Positions 10,920 through 19,878 of a DNA stretch of 64,000 nt are shown in pieces (position 1 is the stretch's first letter; each line of letters begins with the position of its first letter). Position numbers and translations under genes: made by a program. Where the stretch lies: NCBI GenBank assembly GCA_003559855.1, contig PWJZ01000067.1, positions 36 to 64,035 on the forward strand, written 5' to 3'. The notes below the pieces were generated by a model that did no database searches, was not told the origin of the DNA, and was given only the letters and a program-made list of their open reading frames with translations. Source of the stretch: Bacteroidales bacterium (GTDB lineage: Bacteria > Bacteroidota > Bacteroidia > Bacteroidales > UBA7960).

Positions 10920-13900
10920 TTATTTCGGGTAGAAATTTTGGATCAATTCATTAAGATCTTTTTCATTGACAGGTTTCGTAAGATATTCGTCCATACCCAG
11001 TTTTATGTATTTCTCGCGGTCACCTTCGAAGGCATTGGCGCTGAGACCTATTATAGGCGGGAGTTCGGCAAATTTTTTCCTTAATTTTTTTGTAGCTGTA
11101 ATGCCGTCCATAACGGGCATTTGAATATCCATAAGTATGAGGTCAAATTTATTTTTAGCGCATATTTCCAGGGCTTTTTTTCCGTTATTAGCCGTTATCA
11201 CGTTGTGCCCCATTGATTCGAGGATAAGAGCAAGGACTTTTTGATTTACGGGCTTATCTTCAACGTGCAATATGTTGAGTGATTGCGGATATCGGCTTGC
11301 TTTTTTGCCATTACTGCCTGGTACGTGTTCGGCAGTTTCTTCAGCCCTTTTGGCTTTGTATGTGAACCAAAACAGGCTGCCTTTATTAGTTCGGCTTTTA
11401 ACGCCGATTTTGCCTCCCAGTATTTCGCAAAGCCCCTTGCAAATCGATAAGCCTAATCCTGTTCCGTCTATGTCGCGTGTATCGCCCTGATCTATTTGCG
11501 AAAAGGGCTTGAAAAGATGTTTCTGAACCTCAGGTTTGATACCAATGCCGGTATCTTCGACTTCCATCTTAACCAAAAAGTTCCCTTTCGTATCAATTGG
11601 AGTTTCGGATCTTATTCTAAGGCTTATTTTGCCTTTATCCGTGAATTTGACCGCGTTTGAGAGCAAATTGTAAATTATTTGCAAAACACGCTGTTCGTCG
11701 GTTTTGATATATTCGGGTAAGTCAGGACAGATTTTTGTTTCAAGCTCTATGTCTTTATTGCAAATGGATTCGAAAAGTTTTTCCACATTCTCAAACAGCG
11801 ATTTGATTGAAAATATCCTTGGTTTCAATAATACTTCACCGGCTTCTATTTTTGAATAATCTAATATCTGGTCAATTATTTCCCTGAGATTTTCGGTTGA
11901 GTATCTCAATGAATTAAGATATTCCCGTTGGTAAGGTGTAAGATTTGTTTTGCCGAGTATTTCGGCCATGCCCATGATACCCGTAAGCGGGGTTCGTATC
12001 TCATGGCTCATGTTGGCAAGGAAATTTTTCTTGAATTCAAGCGAACGTTTTGCTATAGTCACTTCTTCTTTAAGCTTCTGGCTTTGCTGGCGTTCGGTAA
12101 TATCGCGGGTTACACCCAAAACTTTTGATTCTCCTGACATTTCTACCCCAATGGTCATCAGCTCCAGAGCTTTTAATTCCCCGGTTTTGGTTATGATTTG
12201 GGTTTCATAAACAGCCGGTTTTTTTACACCTTTTCGGCGTTCTTTATACCATTTTTCAACGATATCCTTTCCTTTTTCGGTTGTCATAACACCAAAGTCG
12301 AAATCTTTTGAAGTAAGTTCTTCCCTGCTATATCCGGTGATTTCGCAAAACTTGTCATTTACATATTCATAATGTCTGTCATGTAACAGGTATATACCGC
12401 TAAATGCATTTTCAACAAGCATGCGGAATTTTTCTTCGCTTTCATGCATTGCTTTCAGGGCAAGCTTTGCCCTGGTAATGTTTTCAACAACTCCGTCATA
12501 ATATAGTATATCGCCGTTTTTACCCTTCACTGCTTTTACACTTTCACGGACAAATACAATCGATCCGTTTTTATGTTTCCATTCGGTTTCATGACCGATT
12601 ATCTCTTTCTTTTCAGCAATGAGTTTAATAAACTCGTTGCGTGCTGTATTTTTTGAAAAGTATTGTTTTTGTAAAAGATTACGTTCAGCCAGTTCATTAA
12701 AAGATTTATAACCGAGCATTTTTACCAGTGCCTGATTTGCCAGTATTATTTTTCCCTGTGGTGTTGCCCTGTATAGCCCGAGTGAAGAGTTCTGATAAAT
12801 GCTTCGGAATCGTTCTTCGCTTTCTTTCAGGGCTTTTTCTGTAAGCTTTTGCTGGGTTATGTCGCGGTTTATTACCAGTGATTGTTTTTCACCATTCCAT
12901 AATATTTCCTTTCTATATATGATAAGATGGCGTGTTTCTTCGTTTTTCCTCACAATGCTTACTTCATATTCCTCAGGTCCGAAATGTCCTTGCTTTCTTA
13001 ATTTGTTTCTGGCAAGAAATGCTTCATAGCTGTCTTTTGTGTAACGTTTTTTTACAGGTGTTTTTTTCAGCTCTTCAATAGAGTCGTAACCATATATATC
13101 AAGCATGGCACGGTTGACATAGACAGTCTTATAGTTTTTTGATACAATCCTCATTCCGAGTGGAGATTCATTGAGTGAGTGATGGAAATTTTCTTTAGCC
13201 TGCCTGAGCTCTTCCTCATTTTTTTTGCGTTCTGTCACATCACGAACAATTGCCAGCACATGGTCCTTATCGATGGGAGATACTCTTGCTTCAAAAGACA
13301 TTGGCATGCCGTTTATGGTCAGTTTATACTCCAAAGTCTGCAATTCACCTGTATCCAGGCATTTCCCGAAGGACTCCCTGAACCGGTCGGCTTCAGCGGC
13401 AGGAAATATATTATTTAAATTTGAACCGATCAGTTTGTCGGGTGGTAAAACAAGCTTTGAATGGTTGTTGGCCAGTACATCAATATAATTACCGTCTCTG
13501 TCAAAAACGAAAAACAAGTCGGGCATTGTTTTCAGAATAGCATTAATTTTTGCCGATTGTTCTTCTATTTTTGTTTTCTGCTTTTTTTGTTCGGTAATAT
13601 CAGTAATGAAGCCTTCCAGTAAAACCGGTATGTTATTACTGTCGTACAATCCCTGGCCCTGCTCCCAAACCCATTTATAATTGCCTCCGGTGTCTTTTAT
13701 CCTGTAAATGATGGTAAATTTCGTCTGATTTTGCAAGGCTTTTTTTACTGCTTCCTTGACTTTTTGGCGATCATCTTCATGAATTATTTCATTATAGGAT
13801 ATGTTCTTATTTTTTATCAGGTCGCCGGGTTCATATCCTGTGATATTTTTTACGCCCGGGCTGACATATTCCATGGTCCATGATTCATCATTTATACAAC

Positions 13901-14453
13901 GATAGACCATTCCGGGCAGGTTGCTGATAAGCGTGTTGTACATGCGCTCGCGTTCCTGAAGCTCGCTTTTTGCAAGGTAATTGTCAGAAATATCACGACT
14001 AACAGCAATCACTGCTCTTTGTCCATGATATTTGCCGGGTGTTAAACTTACTTCCTTCGGAAAAACATTACCGTTTTTGTCAATACCCCAAAATTCAAAT
14101 CTTTGAGGTTTACCATAATAAGCTTTTTTTACGTATTTTTTTATTGATTCGATATCGTTCATGCCTGGCGCCGAAAGAAATGCCGGGGTTTTTCCCATAA
14201 AGTATTCTCTTGAATGCCCATAAAGCAACCCTGCCGAACGATTCACATCCAGAAAGTAACCGTCCTTGTCCTGAATATAGATAGCTTCACTGATGCTGTC
14301 AATTATTTCCTTGAATTCTGATCTTGTCAATAACTCTTCCTCTGCTTCAATGAATTTCTTCTGAAGCAAAAACAACTCTCCCTTTAATGCTTTATTCTCT
14401 ATTTCAAGTTTTTCAATCCTGCTGCGAATATTTTCTTTTAAAGTATTTTCCAT
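10920..14453 (-). CDS. Multi-PAS hybrid sensor histidine kinase / response regulator (paralog of 7754-10516)
   Basis: 1177 aa. The N-terminal about 150 aa are collinear with the neighbouring kinase (both have ...AVIAVSRDI...). Extra PAS units. H-box NMSHEIRTPLTG, HATPase motifs and a receiver (LILMDIQMPVMDG). Confidence 0.9.
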   Translation of the reverse strand: MENTLKENIRSRIEKLEIENKALKGELFLLQKKFIEAEEELLTRSEFKEIIDSISEAIYIQDKDGYFLDVNRSAGLLYGHSREYFMGKTPAFLSAPGMNDIESIKKYVKKAYYGKPQRFEFWGIDKNGNVFPKEVSLTPGKYHGQRAVIAVSRDISDNYLAKSELQERERMYNTLISNLPGMVYRCINDESWTMEYVSPGVKNITGYEPGDLIKNKNISYNEIIHEDDRQKVKEAVKKALQNQTKFTIIYRIKDTGGNYKWVWEQGQGLYDSNNIPVLLEGFITDITEQKKQKTKIEEQSAKINAILKTMPDLFFVFDRDGNYIDVLANNHSKLVLPPDKLIGSNLNNIFPAAEADRFRESFGKCLDTGELQTLEYKLTINGMPMSFEARVSPIDKDHVLAIVRDVTERKKNEEELRQAKENFHHSLNESPLGMRIVSKNYKTVYVNRAMLDIYGYDSIEELKKTPVKKRYTKDSYEAFLARNKLRKQGHFGPEEYEVSIVRKNEETRHLIIYRKEILWNGEKQSLVINRDITQQKLTEKALKESEERFRSIYQNSSLGLYRATPQGKIILANQALVKMLGYKSFNELAERNLLQKQYFSKNTARNEFIKLIAEKKEIIGHETEWKHKNGSIVFVRESVKAVKGKNGDILYYDGVVENITRAKLALKAMHESEEKFRMLVENAFSGIYLLHDRHYEYVNDKFCEITGYSREELTSKDFDFGVMTTEKGKDIVEKWYKERRKGVKKPAVYETQIITKTGELKALELMTIGVEMSGESKVLGVTRDITERQQSQKLKEEVTIAKRSLEFKKNFLANMSHEIRTPLTGIMGMAEILGKTNLTPYQREYLNSLRYSTENLREIIDQILDYSKIEAGEVLLKPRIFSIKSLFENVEKLFESICNKDIELETKICPDLPEYIKTDEQRVLQIIYNLLSNAVKFTDKGKISLRIRSETPIDTKGNFLVKMEVEDTGIGIKPEVQKHLFKPFSQIDQGDTRDIDGTGLGLSICKGLCEILGGKIGVKSRTNKGSLFWFTYKAKRAEETAEHVPGSNGKKASRYPQSLNILHVEDKPVNQKVLALILESMGHNVITANNGKKALEICAKNKFDLILMDIQMPVMDGITATKKLRKKFAELPPIIGLSANAFEGDREKYIKLGMDEYLTKPVNEKDLNELIQNFYPK

Positions 14454-14654
14454 TCGCTGAAAACAATTAACAATTAAATTTTATAATATTAAGCCCTATG
14501 GTACTATATTAATGAACGCATTGGTTTTTCAGCGGCTGACTGACCGGCTTTGTGATCGCCGAAAAGCCAATGATGATCGTAAACGGCCTGTATTTATTAC
14601 ACTCTGTAATAAATATTTGGCTTATTATATTATCTACCTATTTAATTTTGTTTA

Positions 14655-14662
14655 CAAATTTA
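14655..14662 (-). promoter_or_regulatory. Candidate -7 box TAAATTTG upstream of the 1177-aa kinase
   Basis: The plus strand reads caaattta, which is TAAATTTG on the minus strand. It lies about 200 nt upstream of the ATG at 14453. Confidence 0.3.
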
Positions 14663-15020
14663 TAAAAATATTTTTTCACACAAATTAGTAAGATTACTTA
14701 ATAAATACTATAAATTATCCTATAAGAATTCTTAACATAGAGATCATTTAGTTTTTTATTTACCACAATTTTTCGGAAACCCGATTTTGTTGTCCGATCC
14801 GTTTTTTATTAACCCAAAATAGTTTATAACTTTTTTTACAAAATATAAATAACACTTATCAAAACCGAAATTATATCTTGTCCGGGAAATATCAGCCTCA
14901 GATATTAATTGTTAATTGGCAGGTGCAGAACAACCCGGCTGATAAAAGAAATCTTTAAAACATTGTTTTTACCATCTGACAAATAACGGGGAGAGATTTA
15001 CGTTTTACCGAATATTTTCA

Positions 15021-15028
15021 TACATTTG
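15021..15028 (+). promoter_or_regulatory. Candidate -7 box TACATTTG
   Basis: Matches TAnnTTTG, 120 nt upstream of the GLUG-protein ATG. Confidence 0.3.
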
Positions 15029-15147
15029 CAGCATATTTTCGTTTATAACGAATTGAATTATTCGTTCCGTTAAGCTTATTTTACATTTTTAAACAGCCTT
15101 TTCAGGCGATAAACGCTCGGTTTTTATAATAATCAAAAACTTTAATT

Positions 15148-16602
15148 ATGAGGAAAATTTTATCATTGACAACTGTTTTATTTTTAAGTGCGGGTATTTT
15201 TGCACAGACTTCAACGCCACCGGCATCGGGCGAAGGTACGGAAACCGATCCCTATGAGATTTCCAGCCTCGAAAACCTTTATTGGATAGCTGAGAATGTT
15301 GACCGTTGGAATTATCATTATGTACAGACTTCTGATATTGATGCATCGGAAACATCAGGCTGGAATGACGGTGAGGGATGGCAGCCGATAGGATATTATT
15401 TTTATGATGATGAAATAATTGAATATTTTGAAGGTTCTTACAACGGCCAAGGATATTCTATTGACGGTTTGTATATCAACAGGCCTGAAGAAGAAAACCA
15501 GGGATTATTTGGCATAACATATATGGCAAAGATCGTCAATTTGGATATGACCAATGTTGATATAACGGGTTGCGAATTAGTTGGCGCTATAGTTGGCTGG
15601 AATTACTGTTATTCGGAAATAAAGAATTGCAGTGTAACGGGTAATATAAGCGGCAGTGATATTGTCGGGGGTATTGCCGGAACCAGTATGTCGGGCAGTG
15701 TAATTGACAACTGCAATTTTACAGGCAATGTAGAGGGAAACATATCAGGCGGCATCACAGGACTAAATACTGCTTCTACTGTTATAAACTGTTTCAGCCA
15801 GGGCGACATATCGGGTGACGGAGCGGGTGGCCTGGTAGGTCAGAACATATCTAATTCGATAGTAAGCAAAAGTTACAGTACAGGTAATATTTTTGGTGAA
15901 AATATTGCCGGCGGGCTGGTAGGGAATAATTATGAATCGGAAGTGCACAACAGCTACAGTACGGGCAACGTATCAGGCGAGATACAGGTTGGCGGTCTGA
16001 TAGGCTTTAATCATATGTCTGAAGTAACCGACAGTTATAGTACCGGAAAAGTTACAGCCAACAGCGAGTTTGGCGGTTTGATAGGTTTTGCTTTTGGTTC
16101 GGATGTTTCCAACAGCTACTGGGATACCGAAACATCAGGTCAAACCGATTCAGACGGTGGTGAAGGCCGAACAACAGATGAAATGACATATCCTTATTCG
16201 GAAAATACCTATGCAGGCTGGGATTTTGAAAATATATGGATTGCCGACACGGATCACTCCGTTAACAATGGCTATCCCTATTTGCGTGATGACCCTACAT
16301 CAGTTCCGGATATTACAAAGCATGATATGACGGAAATGATGATTTACCCGAATCCGTTCAATACCGCTACTACAATAAGATTTGAATATTCCGGCAATGA
16401 TCCCGTTCAGCTTGTGATATATAACTTTTCAGGGCAAGTGGTAAAAACCGCTGATCGTTTTTCACATGACGGCAACGGGTACTATTTTGTTTGGCAGGTT
16501 GATGACGGAACCGGCACCGGCATCACTCCGGGTGTATATTTTGCAGTAATTAAGTCGGCAGGAAAGCTGATAGGATCAGGTAAAATGATATTGTCGGAAT
16601 AA
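15148..16602 (+). CDS. Secreted GLUG-motif repeat protein with T9SS type A C-terminal sorting domain
   Basis: Signal peptide (LSAGIFAQ). At least six roughly 27-aa repeats containing GG(L/I)(V/I/A)G (GLUG motif). C-terminal YPNPFNTATTIRF...KMILSE is typical of Por_Secre_tail. Confidence 0.8.
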   Translation: MRKILSLTTVLFLSAGIFAQTSTPPASGEGTETDPYEISSLENLYWIAENVDRWNYHYVQTSDIDASETSGWNDGEGWQPIGYYFYDDEIIEYFEGSYNGQGYSIDGLYINRPEEENQGLFGITYMAKIVNLDMTNVDITGCELVGAIVGWNYCYSEIKNCSVTGNISGSDIVGGIAGTSMSGSVIDNCNFTGNVEGNISGGITGLNTASTVINCFSQGDISGDGAGGLVGQNISNSIVSKSYSTGNIFGENIAGGLVGNNYESEVHNSYSTGNVSGEIQVGGLIGFNHMSEVTDSYSTGKVTANSEFGGLIGFAFGSDVSNSYWDTETSGQTDSDGGEGRTTDEMTYPYSENTYAGWDFENIWIADTDHSVNNGYPYLRDDPTSVPDITKHDMTEMMIYPNPFNTATTIRFEYSGNDPVQLVIYNFSGQVVKTADRFSHDGNGYYFVWQVDDGTGTGITPGVYFAVIKSAGKLIGSGKMILSE

Positions 16603-16615
16603 ATGCTGGTCTTAA

Positions 16616-17683
16616 CTAATTTTTTTCAATCACATTCCTGTAAAGTGATATGATCTTGTTTGACATTAAATCTGATGACAGGTCTTTTTGAATTTTCCCG
16701 GCCAGGGTTATTGCCTCTTGTTGCAATCTGGCCTGGTCATTAAAAAACGTTTCTATTGCTGTCAGGATTGAATGTTTGCAAGGTGGTGATGCTCCGGTAT
16801 CGACAAAATTGGTATGTTTTATATCCTTAAAATTTTCTTTTGTCAACATACCACCCATTCGTTTCGAATTGATCATAAGTACAGGCACGCCTGCGGCGGA
16901 AGCTTCAAGCGCTACCCTTCCTACTCCCATTACAAGCGATGTACTTTCATAATAAGGCAATAATGATGATTTGTATCCTAACACCTTGCAGAAATTTGAG
17001 TATGTTCTTATATTCAATTTTTCAGACAGGTTTTTCAGTTCAGTTATTTTTTTTCCGTCGCCGATGATCCAAAACTCAAGCTGAGGGTATTTCCCTTTCA
17101 ACACCGGCAAAACTTTATTAATCAAAATTTTAAGAAAAGAAAAATGTGACTTGTTAATTTTGCTAACGTAACAGATCCTGTATGGCCTCGGATTGTTATT
17201 GAGTAGCTCTACGGATCTTATGCCATTGGGTATGAAAACAGATTTGCCGTCAAAATTGTACTTTCTATTTGATATTTGAAGAATCCTTTTGCTGACGAAT
17301 ATAATTTTGTTTGATAAACGTCGCGAAAGAGCATGCCTCAAGTCATACCTGGTTCTGCCGTGAACCGTTGATATTACCTTACGACGTGTAATAAAGCCGG
17401 CTAAACAAGCATTCAAAATGGCAAGACGTTGATGGGCATGTATAATATCCACATTATGCCTTATGATCAGAAAGGTTAATCGTAATATGTGGCAAGGGAT
17501 CAAAAAATCAGTCAGTTTTATAGGTATGTATTTTATTTTGGGGTTTAATTTTTCTACCTGTCGACCCTTTCCTGTTGCCAGGATCACATTGTGCCCTTTT
17601 TCACAAAGATCGTTTGCCAAATCACAAACATGATTTTCTGCTCCTCCAAAATCAAATCGTTTAATAACCAGTAAAATTGTCAT
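16616..17683 (-). CDS. Glycosyltransferase family 4 (GT-B fold)
   Basis: 355 aa. N-terminal KRFDFGGAENHV (the GGxE motif of GT4 N-domains) and C-terminal GVGRVALEASAAGVPV (E-x7-E region). Confidence 0.75.
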   Translation of the reverse strand: MTILLVIKRFDFGGAENHVCDLANDLCEKGHNVILATGKGRQVEKLNPKIKYIPIKLTDFLIPCHILRLTFLIIRHNVDIIHAHQRLAILNACLAGFITRRKVISTVHGRTRYDLRHALSRRLSNKIIFVSKRILQISNRKYNFDGKSVFIPNGIRSVELLNNNPRPYRICYVSKINKSHFSFLKILINKVLPVLKGKYPQLEFWIIGDGKKITELKNLSEKLNIRTYSNFCKVLGYKSSLLPYYESTSLVMGVGRVALEASAAGVPVLMINSKRMGGMLTKENFKDIKHTNFVDTGASPPCKHSILTAIETFFNDQARLQQEAITLAGKIQKDLSSDLMSNKIISLYRNVIEKN

Positions 17684-17876
17684 AAGTCAAAATTGTGAAA
17701 CAAAGATAATTATTTTATAAAAGGATAAAAAATAGTTCGAAACCCAGGAATCATTATCAAATGATCATTTGTTTATGGCATATTTGATTGTATTAACCGC
17801 TTTAAGATCTGTTAGCCTTTTATTCATTTTTGTGCTTAATAAATTTATTTTATATGCGGAATAATAATTAAGATTG

Positions 17877-17884
17877 TATTTTTG
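17877..17884 (+). promoter_or_regulatory. Candidate -7 box TATTTTTG
   Basis: Matches TAnnTTTG, 34 nt upstream of the ATG at 17918. It overlaps the palindrome ttttgcggcgcaaaa. Confidence 0.4.
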
Positions 17885-17917
17885 CGGCGCAAAAAATAAT
17901 CACAAAATTATATTATT

Positions 17918-19456
17918 ATGGAATTTATTACGGATCACTTTGCTATAATACACATTCTTAATCAATACTGGCTTACGCTTTTGCTTGTTATATCGATGGT
18001 GCTTGTGTCGCGCACTTTTGTGGCGGGTTCCCGTTATTCGCCGATATTGATCATTGTGGTTTTCGGTCTTGTAATGGGTTTTGTACTTGTTAATACGGGG
18101 CTGGCAACCCCGGGATTGCCTGAGTTTCCGATTGTCGGTATGAGCAGCCGTGTTACCATAACTGCACTTATGGCATCTTTTTTTGTGGGTGGTCAGGAGA
18201 TAAGAAAATTGCTTACAAATAAAAAGATAGATCCTGACGATATAGTTGTGCCTTCTTCTCAGGAATTATTCCTCGGTACTAAAGCCACCCAGTTCATGTT
18301 TCTGGTCAGGGCATTTTTTATTCTGACCGGCATTGAAGCATTGAAAAGAGTTATAATAGGTCATTCATCAGGCGACACGCTTGATGAGTTTTATCCTTTG
18401 CTCGGATATATCGGATTGGTAGCTTCAATAATATTGATAGACCATCGTGCAAAAATTGTGAATAAAGCAATATATATACGTAAAGGTATCTTTGAGACCG
18501 TGATGATATTGTTTTTGCTTGTTTTGTCTTATCATATTTCACAATGGATAAAACCTGTTATTGCTCTTCCCGAGATATTCTTTGCCATGGTGTTGTCTGT
18601 TAGCTTAGGCATGTTTATGGTCAAATGGAAGTTTGGTCCTACTATACGGTCATTGCTTTTTGCCGGTATTCCTGTGGTTTTGGCGGCAAATTTTATGGTT
18701 GGCGGGTCACGCATTTTGGATGCGTTTCAACTGACAGGCATGACTTCGGTATTATCGTTTGGTTTTTTCGGGCAGTTACTATGGATGTTTGGCGGTTTAT
18801 CAGTTTTAATACTTTTTGGTTTAGCAAACAACATACGCAATCTTGCACCCGGCATGGCAGGCTCACTGTCACATTCGGGTTTAACGGGTGCCTGTACAGC
18901 CGGCGATCTTGGCCGTGAAGCAGCGGTAAGGGCTCCGATAATGATTAATGTACCTTTTATCGGGCATATCTTCGTATTTTCAATACTGGCAGCCAGCGCT
19001 ACTGTCGGCAAACTGCTTATACCTTATGCTTTGGCAGTGTTTTTTATCGGCGTAATATTAACTTATATGGCAATGAAAAATTTACGCAAAGCTAATGGAC
19101 GTGATGCCATGGAAATACGGGGGTTAATGCTTTTCTCCCTGGGCTGGCAACTGGTAGCCGTATTCGGAGGTTTGCTCATGCTTGATTTATCGGGAATGAG
19201 CCTCGCAGATGCCGTAATGGCAAACTCATCGGCAATATCTCACTTTGGATTGTTTGCAGCATTGCAGGGTGGCATGTTTGGCAGTGAAGCCGCAGCATTG
19301 ATAGCTTTCGTGTTTGCAATGCCATTCCTTGTTCATCCCCTCGTGTTTGGCATATTCGGTAAAACAGCCGAAAACAAAGGTGTAATGCCGGCAAAAATTG
19401 TCTACATCCTCGCTTTTATCGGTATTGCAGGCGTGGTTTATTCCATGATATTTTAG
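17918..19456 (+). CDS. Polytopic integral membrane protein, transporter-like, family not recognised
   Basis: 512 aa, almost entirely hydrophobic helices (at least 12 predicted by eye). I recognise no soluble domain or diagnostic motif. Confidence 0.5.
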   Translation: MEFITDHFAIIHILNQYWLTLLLVISMVLVSRTFVAGSRYSPILIIVVFGLVMGFVLVNTGLATPGLPEFPIVGMSSRVTITALMASFFVGGQEIRKLLTNKKIDPDDIVVPSSQELFLGTKATQFMFLVRAFFILTGIEALKRVIIGHSSGDTLDEFYPLLGYIGLVASIILIDHRAKIVNKAIYIRKGIFETVMILFLLVLSYHISQWIKPVIALPEIFFAMVLSVSLGMFMVKWKFGPTIRSLLFAGIPVVLAANFMVGGSRILDAFQLTGMTSVLSFGFFGQLLWMFGGLSVLILFGLANNIRNLAPGMAGSLSHSGLTGACTAGDLGREAAVRAPIMINVPFIGHIFVFSILAASATVGKLLIPYALAVFFIGVILTYMAMKNLRKANGRDAMEIRGLMLFSLGWQLVAVFGGLLMLDLSGMSLADAVMANSSAISHFGLFAALQGGMFGSEAAALIAFVFAMPFLVHPLVFGIFGKTAENKGVMPAKIVYILAFIGIAGVVYSMIF

Positions 19457-19593
19457 TTCTTGATATATGAGCCGCAGGGTACTTAAAGGTGGATAAAAAA
19501 AATTTATTTTCGGCTTATTGTTGTTTTTAAATATAAAAATTATACTTTTATTTCTTAAATGACGGTTTATTAAAAATCTTAATTCAACTAATT

Positions 19594-19878
19594 ATGGAAA
19601 GACAGGAGTTTAAAGAAAAAGCAAAACATCGTATTGATGAGTTGTTTGCAAAAATTGATGAGCTGGAGGCAAAAAAAGAAAAAGCGACTGGCGAAACAAA
19701 AGCCCGGTACAATGAAATGATTGCCGACATTAAAAAGTTAAAAAATGATTTGAATGAAGCCTACAGATCCGTTGAAAGTGCTACTGAAAAAGACTGGAAA
19801 GAAAAGAAGAAAATATTCAATGCGAGCTTAGAGTCTTTTCAGGAAGGTTTTTCAAAGCTGGCAGATATATTCAAATAA
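19594..19878 (+). CDS. Small charged coiled-coil protein (hypothetical)
   Basis: 94 aa, rich in K/E heptad-like sequence. Its 3' end overlaps the convergent racemase-like gene by 8 nt. Confidence 0.4.
   Translation: MERQEFKEKAKHRIDELFAKIDELEAKKEKATGETKARYNEMIADIKKLKNDLNEAYRSVESATEKDWKEKKKIFNASLESFQEGFSKLADIFK

Noticed and set aside
10866-11084. 72-aa plus-strand ORF at the 3' end of the 1177-aa kinase
   Set aside because: It overlaps the receiver-domain coding sequence on the opposite strand and has no motif support.
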